64,000 nt of DNA from an uncultured Clostridia bacterium (GTDB lineage Bacteria > Bacillota > Clostridia > Christensenellales > UBA1242): the NCBI GenBank assembly GCA_944332185.1, contig CALVJJ010000005.1:438-64437 (forward strand), written 5' to 3'. How positions within the stretch are numbered: position 1 is the stretch's first letter; each line of letters starts with the position of its first letter. Shown piece by piece: positions 16,771 to 28,464 of this stretch. The position numbers were made by a program, and so were the translations under genes. The notes under the pieces are model-generated. The model was given only the letters and a program-made list of their open reading frames with translations. It was not told the origin of the DNA and did not search any database.

Positions 16771-19296
16771 ATGAGAAAATATATATTATTTTTGCTTTTA
16801 GCATTGGTGATGGTATTGCCATTTACTATGAGTTCTCCAGTTATATACGCCCAACAGCAAGAATCTTCACAAGAAGCCATTCTATATTTAGACAACTACC
16901 CTAATAGTCACTATTATCATATTGGAGAAGTGATGAATTTTGCAAAACATGGCACGACGGTATATTACACCAATGAAAGTATGACAGTAGATGCGTATGA
17001 TTTGACCACGAATACGTTACAATCTTTACCAATCAGTGCAGTCCAGTTTATTAGACCCTATCACAATGGAATACTATATATATCGGAAGGATTTTTATAT
17101 CAATATGATGGAACAACTTCTAAAAAGTTAGCTACAGCCGATCAGTTTGATTACTATGAAAGCGACACAAACAATATGTTATGTTATACTGTTCAAGACC
17201 AACTCTATCTTGCTTCCTTGGATACGACCAATTACAATCAATTACAGTCTCTATCTTCTGTCAATCTTACAGAAACGTATGGTATTTCTATATCAACCAT
17301 AAAATCTATTACGGCTACGGAAAAAGGTTGTATTGTCCTGACTGAAACTGCTGGACCTACGATCGAACTGTATCATATCTTACCTAATGGCAATTTTCAT
17401 ACTACCATTTCCAATACCTTAATGGATTGCTCTATGGTAAAATATGCAAAAGTAAATAACCAAGGTGTACTAGCTATCCTATATCGCAATCAAATTGCAT
17501 TGATTACCATTACAGATGAATTGGAATGGAATTTGAGTCCTATCAATCTTGATTCGACCAATCAAAGTATCTATACCCCAACCTATATAGATTTTATAGA
17601 CAATCAATTATTGGTCAGTGATACTACCAAGAAAAATATCAAAATTTTTGAATTTGATCATTTTGATGCTATACAAGATATGACAATGACTACCTTGCTA
17701 GGCAGTAATGGATCTAACATTGATCAATATGATCGTGTGACAGATATCTATTGTAAAACAAATGATGATATTTTAGTCAACGATACAGGCAATCATCGTA
17801 TCAAACGTATTCAAAATGGAAGCACGTATGCAAGCGATATTTTTGAATACGATAGCGACCTTACCATTCAACGCATAAAAGTGAATGCACACAATCAAAC
17901 AGTTATTCTTTCTTATTCTACAAGTCAACAGACTTCTTATATCCAATTCTATCAAGATAGAGATCTTGCTTCTCCTATCCAAACAATTACTTTATCTAGC
18001 TTGGTATACGACTTTTGGATCGATGATGAAAATAAAGTATATTATTGTAAAAATGATGGGATCTATCTAGATGATACCAAAATAATTTCTTATGCCTTAC
18101 AGAATCCTACCTTGTATTACCTTCCCGACACAGACACATTCTTATGTATTGATGGCAGTATGGTACTAGATATAGATCTTATACAAGCAACTATTGTAGA
18201 TTCATGGGATTTTGAATTGGATTATATAGATAAAACCATGGATTATCATGGCAACTTGTATCTTTTACAAGATACTACCCTTACCAAATATCAACTACAA
18301 AATCAATCTCTTATACAACAAGATCAAGTTGTTTTACAAAGAAAATATGAAAAAATGGCTCTAGATCAGGAAAGTGGAAAGTTTTATTTGTTTGATACAG
18401 TCAATTCTTGTATCTATACTTATGAGAATACAGCATTTTGTGATGGTATGCAATCTTACCAAGATATCTCCAAGGAAGTGGTTAGATCTTACGATCAGTT
18501 AGCAAGCTTATCTACATTCACCACTTCTAATGTGTATATCTCCCCTTACCCAAATGCCATTGGTCAGCTTACAGAATTATCTGCTACTTTACCAAATAAA
18601 GAATATAAAATGGCAGTCGTTACATTAGAAACGGTAGGAAAATATGCACATATTGTCTATTTTGATGAAGACTCTATGTTACAAGATGGATATATTGCAA
18701 GTTATTATTTGCAATCTAAAAATATACAAACTTCTCCAAAATCCTATTATGTCATTAGTAAAACTGCTAATGTCTATTACTTACCAACACAAGTTGCGAC
18801 CACTAATACAATATTAGAAAGCAACACCCAAGTACAAGTCATATCCAAGAATGTCACAGATATAGTAGGCTCTCCTGTGGAATTTTTAGCTATAGAACTA
18901 AATGGAACGGTTGCTTATGTATTACAAAATGATCTACTTCCTAGTAGTATGCAAGCCCCTACAACGAATACCGTGCAAAATGCAACCATTATCACAAAAG
19001 ATGACTATGTTACTGTCTATACTTCCCCTGATAAAACAAGTGAAGTACTTACCACTCTCCTAAATGGCACTAGAGTGTATCTAGTAGACTATCAAGAGGA
19101 TAGTGAATTCACAAAAATAAAATATTTGAATGCCAATCATGAAGAAGTAGAAGGCTATGTGCTTACCACAGTCATACAACCTGATAAAATGAGTAATATC
19201 ATTCTCATTTGTATTGTATTAAGTATCGTTGCCATCGTCATTTTAGTTGTTGTGATATATAATATTGTCAAACTAAAACAAAAATATATGAAATAA
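16771..19296 (+). CDS. Large secreted protein: beta-propeller/NHL-like repeats + three SH3b-like domains + C-terminal TM anchor
   Basis: 841 aa. It has a signal peptide and NHL-like motifs (ILVNDTGNHRIKRIQNG; LLVSDTTKKNIKIFEF). SH3b-like units occupy the last 250 aa. A TM (IILICIVLSIVAIVILVVVIY) is followed by a basic tail. Confidence 0.75.
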   Translation: MRKYILFLLLALVMVLPFTMSSPVIYAQQQESSQEAILYLDNYPNSHYYHIGEVMNFAKHGTTVYYTNESMTVDAYDLTTNTLQSLPISAVQFIRPYHNGILYISEGFLYQYDGTTSKKLATADQFDYYESDTNNMLCYTVQDQLYLASLDTTNYNQLQSLSSVNLTETYGISISTIKSITATEKGCIVLTETAGPTIELYHILPNGNFHTTISNTLMDCSMVKYAKVNNQGVLAILYRNQIALITITDELEWNLSPINLDSTNQSIYTPTYIDFIDNQLLVSDTTKKNIKIFEFDHFDAIQDMTMTTLLGSNGSNIDQYDRVTDIYCKTNDDILVNDTGNHRIKRIQNGSTYASDIFEYDSDLTIQRIKVNAHNQTVILSYSTSQQTSYIQFYQDRDLASPIQTITLSSLVYDFWIDDENKVYYCKNDGIYLDDTKIISYALQNPTLYYLPDTDTFLCIDGSMVLDIDLIQATIVDSWDFELDYIDKTMDYHGNLYLLQDTTLTKYQLQNQSLIQQDQVVLQRKYEKMALDQESGKFYLFDTVNSCIYTYENTAFCDGMQSYQDISKEVVRSYDQLASLSTFTTSNVYISPYPNAIGQLTELSATLPNKEYKMAVVTLETVGKYAHIVYFDEDSMLQDGYIASYYLQSKNIQTSPKSYYVISKTANVYYLPTQVATTNTILESNTQVQVISKNVTDIVGSPVEFLAIELNGTVAYVLQNDLLPSSMQAPTTNTVQNATIITKDDYVTVYTSPDKTSEVLTTLLNGTRVYLVDYQEDSEFTKIKYLNANHEEVEGYVLTTVIQPDKMSNIILICIVLSIVAIVILVVVIYNIVKLKQKYMK

Positions 19297-19384
19297 AGAG
19301 GTATGGCTTTCATCTTATCATATACCATATCATACCCAACAGAATTAGAATTGTACTTGCCTATCACAACCATCGTAACAATAT

Positions 19385-19417
19385 AAAAAAATCTAAGGAC
19401 TTCCCTTAGATTTTTTT
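19385..19417. terminator. Bidirectional rho-independent terminator
   Basis: Stem ATCTAAGG (19391-19398) pairs with CCTTAGAT (19404-19411). It is flanked by an A-run and a T-run, between convergent genes. Confidence 0.65.
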
Positions 19418-19424
19418 ATAGTAC

Positions 19425-20108
19425 TTATATATTCATAGCGAAATAATTATCAACTTGACCAATCGACGTTGGCATTTGTGCTAATTTTATTTCTTCCTCT
19501 TTTACTAATTGCAAAGAATTAAGGCTCAATTCATAAGCAGTTTTGATTTGTATATCTCCATTTTCCAATTTCTTTTGATATACTCTACTTTGGATTCTAC
19601 CTTCAATTTTTACTTTATCACCAATCATGAAGTTTCTAGCATATCTAGCATTTCTCCCCCAAGCAATACATGGCAAATAATCACTTTTATTATAACTTCT
19701 ATTCACAGCAATGAGAATATCACATATTTCTCTTTTGAATGGTGTAGTTCGGTACACAGGTTCTTTACAAAGATACCCTACTACTTCTACATCATTTTTA
19801 TATTCTCCACAGAAAGGTACGACATTTCTTACAAACATGGTAAGCATCAATTTGCTTTTATTATCTTCCACCTTGTTGTAGCTTCTAAATTGGCCACTAA
19901 ATTCATAAGATTGCCCGATGGCAAAATCTAAATTTTGCATGAGTTTTTCAGATATTGTAATAGGAATCATATCACTACTATCACTCAATCTTTTGACTTC
20001 CAACTGGAATTCATAAAATTTTTCTCCAAAAATTTCATGACTGACTTGTGGCACACTTACAATTTTACCTGCCACTACTGCTTTGTTATTCATCTCTATG
20101 TAATTCAT
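19425..20108 (-). CDS. Tandem OB-fold, SSB-like protein
   Basis: 227 aa. Two repeats have an SSB-like pattern (NKAVVAGKIVSVPQVSHE...; VEVVGYLCKEPVYRTTPFKREICDILIAVNR...CIAWGRNARYA...GDKVKIEGRIQSR). GGGAG lies upstream of the start. Confidence 0.5.
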   Translation of the reverse strand: MNYIEMNNKAVVAGKIVSVPQVSHEIFGEKFYEFQLEVKRLSDSSDMIPITISEKLMQNLDFAIGQSYEFSGQFRSYNKVEDNKSKLMLTMFVRNVVPFCGEYKNDVEVVGYLCKEPVYRTTPFKREICDILIAVNRSYNKSDYLPCIAWGRNARYARNFMIGDKVKIEGRIQSRVYQKKLENGDIQIKTAYELSLNSLQLVKEEEIKLAQMPTSIGQVDNYFAMNI

Positions 20109-20122
20109 ATTTTTCTCCCTTT

Positions 20123-20890
20123 TTAAACATTTGGTCTTTGTACACCAGCATGGTCAATATAATAGTTGTCTTGTAAAATCAAGTCTCCAACACTCGTAAT
20201 CGTATAGCCTTTATTCTTTAGTGCAGATAATAGTAATGGCAAAGCATCAAGTATGTGGTCAGAATTGTTATGACAAAGTATAATAGAACCGTTTTTTACC
20301 TTGGACAATACACGATTGGTAATTTCTGCACCAGATAATCCTTTCCAATCTAAAGTATCTACGTCCCATTGAATTGTTTTTAGCCCTAGACTTTCTGCGA
20401 CTTCCATAGATGCATTGTTATATGAACCATACGGCGAGCGAAACAAATTCACATCTTTTCCTGTAAGATTCTTAATGGTTTCTATAGAAGTAGTCAATTC
20501 CTGTTCCATTTGCACTTTAGATAACGTAGCAAAATCAGCATGAGTATTGGAATGAGTGCCTATTTCTACTCCTTGCTCTGCAATGGCTTTTACCATGTCA
20601 GGATATTCTTCTGCCCAAAATCCTACAATAAAAAATGTTGCATTTGCTCCATATTCTTTCAAATTTTCCAGAATACGAAGGGTTTTGTCTGCTCCCCACG
20701 CCGAATCAAAAGTAATGGCTACTTTCTTTTCTTCTGTTTCTACATTATAGATGGGCACCTTCCTCGTTGTATACCCAAAGTATACGTTTGCTGCACTTGT
20801 CGTACCCAAATTGACAGACAATAGAATCATGGTTAATATCAAAACCACTACGAATAAGACTTGTTTTTTCTTAAGCACGAAACATTTCAT
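20123..20890 (-). CDS. Polysaccharide deacetylase (NodB homology domain; PdaA/PdaB-like), membrane-anchored or secreted
   Basis: 255 aa. It has an N-terminal TM/signal segment. NodB motifs are present: AITFDSAWG, GTHSNTHADF, LFRSPYGSYN, WDVDTLDW and ILCHNN. Confidence 0.85.
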   Translation of the reverse strand: MKCFVLKKKQVLFVVVLILTMILLSVNLGTTSAANVYFGYTTRKVPIYNVETEEKKVAITFDSAWGADKTLRILENLKEYGANATFFIVGFWAEEYPDMVKAIAEQGVEIGTHSNTHADFATLSKVQMEQELTTSIETIKNLTGKDVNLFRSPYGSYNNASMEVAESLGLKTIQWDVDTLDWKGLSGAEITNRVLSKVKNGSIILCHNNSDHILDALPLLLSALKNKGYTITSVGDLILQDNYYIDHAGVQRPNV

Positions 20891-21150
20891 GTTAACCTCT
20901 TATATAGTACGCATTTTTTTTATAAAATCCAAAACAATGCTTTTTCCTTTTTTGGAAAAGACTGTCGAAAGAAAGATAATTGTAGATTATTTTATAAGAC
21001 AACCTCTTTTCATACTACAATATATGAAAAACAAGCAATATAGTAGAACTTATTTTTATTTTTTGCCAACAATTTTTTAAAAATGACTATCTTTTAAAAC
21101 TTTATAATGATAATCATCTTGATCGATATACTATTACATTCTAGTAATGT

Positions 21151-21180
21151 AAAAAAAAATACAAGGCAGTTTGCCTTGTA
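21151..21180 (-). terminator. Rho-independent terminator after parC
   Basis: Stem TACAAGGCA (21160-21168) pairs with TGCCTTGTA (21172-21180). A T9 run follows on the minus strand. Confidence 0.6.
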
Positions 21181-21194
21181 TGATAAATAATATT

Positions 21195-23645
21195 TTAAAT
21201 ATTTTTAAAAGGATAAGCATGAAGACAAGTAATTTCTGATTTCAATCCTTTAAAATTTAGTCCAACTTGTGTTCTCGAACATAATTTTACATCTTTGATA
21301 AAGAATTGATGAAGATGTTTTCCTTGGTCTTCCACTACATAACTATTTTTGCCAACTTCATCAACAAGCAACAATTTTGCTTTATTGGTTTTTCCATTCG
21401 CAAAAGTCAATCCTTTTCTATTCCTTGGCAATACAGGAAGATCACTAGAACGGATTTGTCGTACATATCCATCATTTGCAATGGTCACCATGACCGTGTC
21501 TTTACTGAATTGTATAGCTCCCACTACATCATCATTTTCATTGAGAGCTATTCCTTTAACACCCATACTCATTCTACCACTGATCGCAATATCGTGTGTT
21601 TCAATGGCTACACCCATATTGTTACTCGTAAATAAAGCCAAACGTTTTTCCAAAGCATGAATACCAACATAGACTAGTTCGTCGTTGTCCTTTAGTTTGA
21701 TCGCGCCTGTTGATTGTGTTTTGACAAAATACTCTTTTACATTACTTAATTTTACCATGCCTTGCTTGGTGACAAATAGCAAATTAGATTCTGCATCATG
21801 ATCATTTAATTCCAGCATACCTACAACAGTTTCTTTTTCTTCGAATTTCTTAATAAGTGTATTGAGTTTAAAACCTTTGTCTCTAAATTTGCCGACTTCT
21901 ATGTCTTCGACTTTTAGTGTATGACAATTTCCTAAATTGGTAAACAAATACAATGTTTTATCTGTTGTTGTTTGCATAATATGTTTACAAATTTCAAATT
22001 TGTTTGGGCTAGCACTCAATTCTTTTGCTGCCATATTATAATTTTTAAGTAGCATGGATTTGATGGTGTTTTCTGGAGTAACCACGACACATACATCATT
22101 GACAAGGGTATTCGATTGAATCACTTCTTCAATTTCATCGTCTTGTTCATCGATAAAATGTGTACGTCTTGGATTGCCATAATCTTCTTTGATCTTTAGC
22201 ATTTCTTCTTTGACAATTTGCATTTGCAACACTGGACTTTTAATAATAGCCTGATATTTTTTAATCAACATTTTTAATCTTTCTAATTCAAAGATCAGTT
22301 TGTTGACTTCAATCGTTGTCAATTTTGCAAGTCTCATATCCAGTATAGCTTGAGCTTGTGCATCTGACAAATAGAAAGTAGACATTAAAGATTTTTTTGC
22401 TTCTTGTGTAGATTTGCTAGTTTTAATAATTCTAATCACATCATCAATATTATTGACTGCAATGAGCAATCCTTCAAGTATGTGTGCTTTCTTTTCACAA
22501 GCATCAAGATCGAATTTTGTACGACGTAATATTACTTTTTGCTGATAATTAACGTAATAACTAATAATATCTTTTAAGTTCATAAGTTTTGGTTTATTGT
22601 CAGCAATAGCTACCATATTGACATTAAAAGAACATTGTAAGTCTGTATTCTTATATAGTATTGCCAAAATAGCCTTAATATTAGCATCTTTTTTGCATCG
22701 TATTGCAATACGCATACCACTTCGATCTGATTCTTCTACAATTTCTTGTATAAAAGCCAAATGTCCTGTATCGTCAGCTTCTTTTACTTTTTGTATTTTT
22801 TGTAATAAGTTTGCTTTGTTTACTTGATAAGGAATTTCGGTAAAGACAAGGACTTTTTTCCCATTGTCTCCATTCTCGATATGGTGTTTTGCACGCATAA
22901 TAATCTTGCCTTTCCCTGTGGTATATGCTTGCAAAATTTCACTAGAATTTAAGATATATGCTCCTGTTGGAAAATCTGGACCTGGCATAATCTTTAACAA
23001 TTCTTCGATACTAATTTTTTCATTATCAATATATGCCACACAGGCATCAATAGCCTCTCCCAAATTATGTGTTGGAATATTCGTAGCCAATCCTACAGCA
23101 ATACCCATACACCCGTTGACTAACAAATTTGGGAATCTACCCGGTAACATATCTGGTTCTTTATCTGCATCATCAAACGTAAATGACCAATCTACTGTAT
23201 CTTTATCAATATCTCTTAGTAATTCTAGAGATATAGGAGAAAGTCTTGCTTCTGTGTAACGCATAGCCGCAGCACTATCTCCATCTACACTACCAAAGTT
23301 ACCATGACCATCGATCAAAACTTCTCGCATATTAAAATTTTGTGCCATTCTCACCATGGTTTCGTAAATACTAGAGTCGCCATGTGGGTGATATTTTCCC
23401 ATACAATCTCCCACCGTTTTTGCACTCTTTTTATAAGCACGATCTGGCAAATTACCCAACTCATACATAGAGTACAACACTCTACGTTGTACAGGTTTCA
23501 ATCCATCTTCCACACGAGGAAGAGCTCTATCCATAATGACAAATTCACTATAAGGCATCATACTTTCATGCATGACTTGTTCTATACTTTTGACAACAAT
23601 GTTATGATTTTGTAATGTTATACTAGAATGATGTTCTCTTGCCAT
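21195..23645 (-). CDS. parC: Type IIA topoisomerase subunit A, topoisomerase IV ParC-like
   Basis: 816 aa. It contains [11 protein letters not shown] (Q as in ParC; GyrA usually has H), [10 protein letters not shown] and [11 protein letters not shown]. No GyrA-box (QRRGGKG-like) is visible in the C-terminal domain. It is coupled to the upstream B subunit by a TAATG overlap. Confidence 0.7.
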   Translation of the reverse strand: MAREHHSSITLQNHNIVVKSIEQVMHESMMPYSEFVIMDRALPRVEDGLKPVQRRVLYSMYELGNLPDRAYKKSAKTVGDCMGKYHPHGDSSIYETMVRMAQNFNMREVLIDGHGNFGSVDGDSAAAMRYTEARLSPISLELLRDIDKDTVDWSFTFDDADKEPDMLPGRFPNLLVNGCMGIAVGLATNIPTHNLGEAIDACVAYIDNEKISIEELLKIMPGPDFPTGAYILNSSEILQAYTTGKGKIIMRAKHHIENGDNGKKVLVFTEIPYQVNKANLLQKIQKVKEADDTGHLAFIQEIVEESDRSGMRIAIRCKKDANIKAILAILYKNTDLQCSFNVNMVAIADNKPKLMNLKDIISYYVNYQQKVILRRTKFDLDACEKKAHILEGLLIAVNNIDDVIRIIKTSKSTQEAKKSLMSTFYLSDAQAQAILDMRLAKLTTIEVNKLIFELERLKMLIKKYQAIIKSPVLQMQIVKEEMLKIKEDYGNPRRTHFIDEQDDEIEEVIQSNTLVNDVCVVVTPENTIKSMLLKNYNMAAKELSASPNKFEICKHIMQTTTDKTLYLFTNLGNCHTLKVEDIEVGKFRDKGFKLNTLIKKFEEKETVVGMLELNDHDAESNLLFVTKQGMVKLSNVKEYFVKTQSTGAIKLKDNDELVYVGIHALEKRLALFTSNNMGVAIETHDIAISGRMSMGVKGIALNENDDVVGAIQFSKDTVMVTIANDGYVRQIRSSDLPVLPRNRKGLTFANGKTNKAKLLLVDEVGKNSYVVEDQGKHLHQFFIKDVKLCSRTQVGLNFKGLKSEITCLHAYPFKNI

Positions 23646-25609
23646 TATTTACCTCCTCTTTGATCAAAGATGTCTTTTTTATTAAAATTCGCATATTCGG
23701 TAATATATTGTTTTCTGGCTTCAATGTTATCGCCCATAAGAGTGGTGACAATTCGTTCTGCTTCTGCAATATTTTCCAAACTAATTTGTAATAGCACCCT
23801 ATGTTCAGGATCCATTGTTGTTGTCCAAAGTTGTTCAGGGTCCATTTCTCCAAGTCCTTTGTATCTTTGTACTTGATACCCTTCTCCTACTTCGGCAATG
23901 GCCGCTTCATAATCAGCCTCATCATAAACATAGATTTCTTTATTTTTCTTATATACTTTATATAAAGGAGCTATGGCTACATATACGTGCCCTTCTGTAA
24001 TCAATTCTCGCATATAACGATAAAAGAAAGTAATCAAAATAGATCGAATATGAGCACCATCTTGGTCAGCATCTGCCATGATGATAATTTTATCAAATTT
24101 CAAATTATTGATATTAAAATCTGATTCGATTCCTGTACCGATTGCGGCAATAATACTTCTTATTTCTTGGTTTTCAAGTATTTGATTGATTCTCTTTTTT
24201 TCTACATTGAGTGGTTTTCCTCTTAAAGGTAAAATAGCTTGAAAACTTCTATCTCTAGCTTGTTTTGCACTACCACCAGCACTATCGCCTTCCACTATAA
24301 ACATTTCGTTTAGTTGTGGATTCCTCCCTGTACATGGACTGAATTTTCCTGTCAAGGATTCACTTGCCAGACTGTTTTTCTGTCTTGCCACTTCTTTTGC
24401 TTTTTTTGCAGATTCTCTTACTCTTGCTGCCCCTTTTGCTTTTTCTATAATAGCAGACAAAATTGTTTTGGAAGATTTTGCTTGACAAAATTTCATCAAA
24501 GCATCGTACACAATATTTTCCACTTCGGTACGAGCTTCAGGATTGCCCAATTTGGTTTTTGTCTGTCCTTCGAATTGTACATTCTTCATTTTGATCGCAA
24601 GTACACCAATAATACCTTCTCGGTAGTCGTCACCCAATAAGTTAGCATCTTTGTCTTTTAGCAAGCTCATTGCTCTTGCACTATCATTGAATGCTCTAGT
24701 TATAGCACTTTTAAAACCTGTTTCGTGTGTACCACCTTCTCCGGTCGGAATATTATTAACAAAACTATATACCACTTCATTATAGTCATTGGTATACTGA
24801 ATGGCAGCCACCAATTCGACTACATCACTATGTCCTTCAATATAAATTGGATCTTTGAATAACAATGATTTTCCTTCATTAAGGTATAGAATAAAATCTT
24901 TTAATCCATTTTCATAATGATACACATTGGTCTTAAATCCATCTTGTTCTTCCACATTTTCATCAATTAACGTGATCTTGACTCCCTTATTTAGGAATGC
25001 AAGTTCTTTCAATCTTTTCGCAATAGTGGTAAAATCAAACTTAAGATTCCCAAAAATACGACTGTCTGGTAAAAAAGTGATTTTTGTCCCTCTTTTTTTC
25101 GTTTTTCCAATTTCTTTTAAAGGAGCAACTGGCACTCCTCCAGATACTTTATTCTTGGCTTTTTCTACTGTATGGAATTCCATATAATATTCACTACCAT
25201 CGTGAAATACTGATACTTTTAGCCAATCTGATAAAGCATTCGTAACACTTGCACCTACTCCATGCAAACCTCCGGAATAGGCATACGTATCATTATTAAA
25301 TTTTCCACCAGCATGCAGTTGTGTGAATACAACTTCTACCCCACTAACTTTAAGTGTTGGGTGTTTGTCTACAGGAATCCCTCGACCATCATCTTCTACC
25401 GTAATGGAATTATCTTTGTGCATCGTCACAATGATATGTTTACCAAATTTGTTACTTACCTCGTCCATTGCATTATCTACAATTTCCCAGAGTAAATGAT
25501 GCATTCCTTTGCTTCCTGTCGTTCCAATATACATACCAGGTCTCAATCTAACAGCATCTAATCCTTGCAACACAACGATATTAGAACTGGTATATTCCTT
25601 ACTTGCCAT
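23645..25609 (-). CDS. parE: Type IIA topoisomerase subunit B, ParE-like
   Basis: 654 aa from MASKEY (ATG 25607-25609, GGAGG upstream). It contains [28 protein letters not shown] and the Toprim segment [16 protein letters not shown]. The call is ParE rather than GyrB only because of its ParC-like partner. Confidence 0.7.
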   Translation of the reverse strand: MASKEYTSSNIVVLQGLDAVRLRPGMYIGTTGSKGMHHLLWEIVDNAMDEVSNKFGKHIIVTMHKDNSITVEDDGRGIPVDKHPTLKVSGVEVVFTQLHAGGKFNNDTYAYSGGLHGVGASVTNALSDWLKVSVFHDGSEYYMEFHTVEKAKNKVSGGVPVAPLKEIGKTKKRGTKITFLPDSRIFGNLKFDFTTIAKRLKELAFLNKGVKITLIDENVEEQDGFKTNVYHYENGLKDFILYLNEGKSLLFKDPIYIEGHSDVVELVAAIQYTNDYNEVVYSFVNNIPTGEGGTHETGFKSAITRAFNDSARAMSLLKDKDANLLGDDYREGIIGVLAIKMKNVQFEGQTKTKLGNPEARTEVENIVYDALMKFCQAKSSKTILSAIIEKAKGAARVRESAKKAKEVARQKNSLASESLTGKFSPCTGRNPQLNEMFIVEGDSAGGSAKQARDRSFQAILPLRGKPLNVEKKRINQILENQEIRSIIAAIGTGIESDFNINNLKFDKIIIMADADQDGAHIRSILITFFYRYMRELITEGHVYVAIAPLYKVYKKNKEIYVYDEADYEAAIAEVGEGYQVQRYKGLGEMDPEQLWTTTMDPEHRVLLQISLENIAEAERIVTTLMGDNIEARKQYITEYANFNKKDIFDQRGGK

Positions 25610-25823
25610 AAATCCTCCAAAATACCCTAAAATATTCACTTTTCTTAAAGAGTATACCACAAAGAATCAAAAAATAAAAATAACTTTTAAAATTTCGCAA
25701 AATTTTTCATTTTTGTTTTTTTCAAAAAATAGTACCATTGATTTGTATATTTATACTTATTGTTGCATTTTTATAATACAATAATTTTCACAAAAAATCA
25801 TATACTATCTATGAGGTGAAATT

Positions 25824-26891
25824 ATGAAACGAATTGTCTTTACCGGAGGTGGTACAGCTGGACATATTGTACCAAATTTAAGTTTAGCTACCATATTACA
25901 TCAAAAAGGCTATGATATCCATTATATAGGTAGTGAAAATGGTATGGAAAAGAATATGGTAGCTTTATATCCCTATATTACCTACCATAGTATACCCTGT
26001 GTCAAACTGATTCGTAGTCTAACATGGGAAAATTTAAAAATACCATTTGTATTATGTAAAAGCATCAAACAAGCTAAAAAAGTATTACAAAATATACAAC
26101 CCGATGTCATTTTTTCAAAAGGTGGATATGTAAGTTTACCTACAGTGCTCGCTGCCAAGGATATACCTATCATTGCCCACGAAAGTGATATGAGTCTTGG
26201 CCTTGCCAACAAGATCATCTATCAAAATGCAAAAAAAATGTGTTTTACTTTCCCCAATATTCCCAAAAAATATATAAAAAAAGGTGTTTTTACCGGTCCT
26301 ATCATTCACCCAAAATTTTATAAAACAAATGCAAGTATTATCAAAAAACAATATCAATTTTCTAGTTCAAAACCAAATTTACTTGTTGTTGGAGGAAGTC
26401 TTGGTGCACAGAGTATCAACCAAATGATACAAGATCATTTGTCTTTACTAACATCTAGATACAACATCATACATATCGTAGGGAAAGGAAAACAGAATAA
26501 AAAAATACATCAAAAATATTATGTTCAAGTGGAATTTGTACAAGATATAGAAAATTATTATGCATGGGCAGATTTGATCATAACCCGTGGAGGAAGTAAT
26601 GCCATTCATGAAATTTTATTTATGCAAAAACCTATGCTCATTATTCCTTTATCAAAAAAATCATCACGTGGAGATCAAATAGACAATGCCCTATCTTTTT
26701 CTAAACGAGGAATCGCTCATGTATTATTGGAAGAAAACATGACTATCTTTACCCTATTAGAATCATTAAAAGAAGTGTATAAATATACAAATATAATTCA
26801 AGACAATATGAAAAAAGAAAAAAACATCAACGGAACTCAAAAAATTATTTCCCTGATAGAAGATTATGCTTGTCCAAAAACTAAAAAATAA
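25824..26891 (+). CDS. murG: UDP-GlcNAc:lipid I N-acetylglucosaminyltransferase MurG
   Basis: 355 aa. KRIVFTGGGTAGHIVPNLSL, FSKGGYVSLPTVLAA, AHESDMSLGLANKI and ITRGGSNAIHEIL...SRGDQIDNA match streptococcal/clostridial MurG closely. A GAGGTG Shine-Dalgarno sequence precedes the start. Confidence 0.88.
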   Translation: MKRIVFTGGGTAGHIVPNLSLATILHQKGYDIHYIGSENGMEKNMVALYPYITYHSIPCVKLIRSLTWENLKIPFVLCKSIKQAKKVLQNIQPDVIFSKGGYVSLPTVLAAKDIPIIAHESDMSLGLANKIIYQNAKKMCFTFPNIPKKYIKKGVFTGPIIHPKFYKTNASIIKKQYQFSSSKPNLLVVGGSLGAQSINQMIQDHLSLLTSRYNIIHIVGKGKQNKKIHQKYYVQVEFVQDIENYYAWADLIITRGGSNAIHEILFMQKPMLIIPLSKKSSRGDQIDNALSFSKRGIAHVLLEENMTIFTLLESLKEVYKYTNIIQDNMKKEKNINGTQKIISLIEDYACPKTKK

Positions 26892-26978
26892 GTAAAATGT
26901 CGAACAAATGTTTGATTTTATGGTAAAATATGGTATAATACCTATAATAAAACATAAAAAGTATAATTGAGGTTCAAG

Positions 26979-27287
26979 ATGAAAATTGATGTTTTGTTTG
27001 AAATGACACTAATATTACTGAATAAAAAAGTTTCTGCAAAATACCTTGCCAATTATTTTTGTATCTCTACCCGATCGGTCTATCGATATTTGAGTATTCT
27101 AGACACATCAGGAATACCTATTGTAGCAAAACCCGGACGTAATGGTGGAATTAGTATATTAGGATCATTTAAATTAGGTGGCTTGTATTTTACCCCAGCT
27201 GAAAAAATGACTTTACTATCTTTAATGCAATTTGTTCCTACCCGGTTTATGAAAGAGAATTTAACAAAAAAGATTACTTTATTATAG
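26979..27287 (+). CDS. Small HTH regulator (DeoR/YafY-type N-terminal HTH only, no effector domain)
   Basis: 102 aa from the ATG at 26979, with GAGG upstream. VSAKYLANYFCISTRSVYRYLSILDTSGIPI is an HTH_11-like motif. A hairpin terminator overlaps the stop. Confidence 0.55.
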   Translation: MKIDVLFEMTLILLNKKVSAKYLANYFCISTRSVYRYLSILDTSGIPIVAKPGRNGGISILGSFKLGGLYFTPAEKMTLLSLMQFVPTRFMKENLTKKITLL

Positions 27288-27327
27288 TAATCTTTTTTGC
27301 ATATTTATAATTTGTTATGTATATTTA

Positions 27328-28455
27328 TTATTTTGTTAATTTCCCTATTTTTCCATTTTTATATTGTTGTAATACTACAAAACGTACATTTTTTTGTAAC
27401 CTATTTTGCTGCCTATAATGTGCTTCTATTTGCAATCTTCTCATAAGTTCTGCAAATTCAATATCAAATAAGTAATAAGCTAATGATCCCGGAATATTAT
27501 TGATTTCATTTAGATATACTTTCTCTGTATCTATATCTAGTAAAAAATCAATTCTCACCACCCCTGATAAAGATAATTTTTCATATACTTCTTTTGCAAT
27601 CCATTCAATTTGTTTTTTCTGTTGTTTTGTTAGATCTGGATCCATAATACGCACCGCTTGTGCCATACCTTCTTTATCCCCTTGTTGATATTTGTCAGCA
27701 AAAGACAAAATGTTCTCTTTTTTTATAGGTTCTTCCATACGTGATAGGTATATTTCATTTTGATACCGATACAAAGCAATGTTAATTTCTTTTGCATTGG
27801 TAATATATTGTTGCACAAGCAATTCTTCATCATACTGAAAGCAAAATTGCACAGCACTTTCTAATTGTTGTTGGTCATAAACAACTTTAATACCAATACT
27901 ACTTCCTAACATACTAGGTTTGATAATCATGGGGAAAGACAATGTTTGTAATATCTTTTTTATTGTTTTTGTTGGATTTTCATAATAGGTAGATTTTTGA
28001 ATAGCAAAATATGGCAATCTATCTATATGCATACCCTGTAAAACGTATTCTGATTTTACCTTGCTTTGTACAATACTACTACCCACGATAGAACTGGAGG
28101 TGTAGGCAATATGGTTTAATTCCAATAAACCAGCCACTGCTCCACCTTCCAGCACATCACCATGTAAGACACAAACAACATCTTCTATTTCAATCCAAGG
28201 TTTCCATTTTTTCCTTTTTTTTACATACAAACGTTGATCATTAGGCAAAATTGTCACTTTTTTATTTTTAACATAATCATGATTTTGATAGGTTTTTATA
28301 TTTTTTAAATTCTCCCCAGTATACCAATTCCCATCAAGAGCAATATATACTGGAATACAATGTTCTATTTGATTCATGACTTGAATGGCTGAAATAATAC
28401 TTATTTCATGTTCAAAACTATCGCCCCCAAATAGTACAATATGTTGTTTATTCAT
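27328..28455 (-). CDS. ddl: D-alanine--D-alanine ligase family (ATP-grasp)
   Basis: 375 aa. The N-terminus HIVLFGGDSFEHEISIISA and the ATP-grasp core (IIKPSMLGSSIGI..., RIDFLLD...VYLNEINNIPGSLAY) fit Ddl. AAGGAG lies upstream. It follows a MurF-like gene, as in many Firmicutes. Confidence 0.75.
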   Translation of the reverse strand: MNKQHIVLFGGDSFEHEISIISAIQVMNQIEHCIPVYIALDGNWYTGENLKNIKTYQNHDYVKNKKVTILPNDQRLYVKKRKKWKPWIEIEDVVCVLHGDVLEGGAVAGLLELNHIAYTSSSIVGSSIVQSKVKSEYVLQGMHIDRLPYFAIQKSTYYENPTKTIKKILQTLSFPMIIKPSMLGSSIGIKVVYDQQQLESAVQFCFQYDEELLVQQYITNAKEINIALYRYQNEIYLSRMEEPIKKENILSFADKYQQGDKEGMAQAVRIMDPDLTKQQKKQIEWIAKEVYEKLSLSGVVRIDFLLDIDTEKVYLNEINNIPGSLAYYLFDIEFAELMRRLQIEAHYRQQNRLQKNVRFVVLQQYKNGKIGKLTK

Positions 28456-28464
28456 ACTTTCTCC

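Noticed and set aside
23623-23853. 76-aa minus-strand ORF spanning the parE/parC junction in another frame.
   Set aside because: It overlaps the conserved C-terminus of the B subunit and the start of the A subunit. It has no RBS and no recognisable product.
21195-25609. Alternative call of this type IIA topoisomerase pair as DNA gyrase (gyrB-gyrA).
   Set aside because: The A subunit has KPVQRR rather than KPVHRR. I cannot find a GyrA-box (QxRGGxG) in its C-terminal domain. There is no dnaA/dnaN/recF context. The ParE/ParC call is still motif-level only and should be confirmed by phylogeny.
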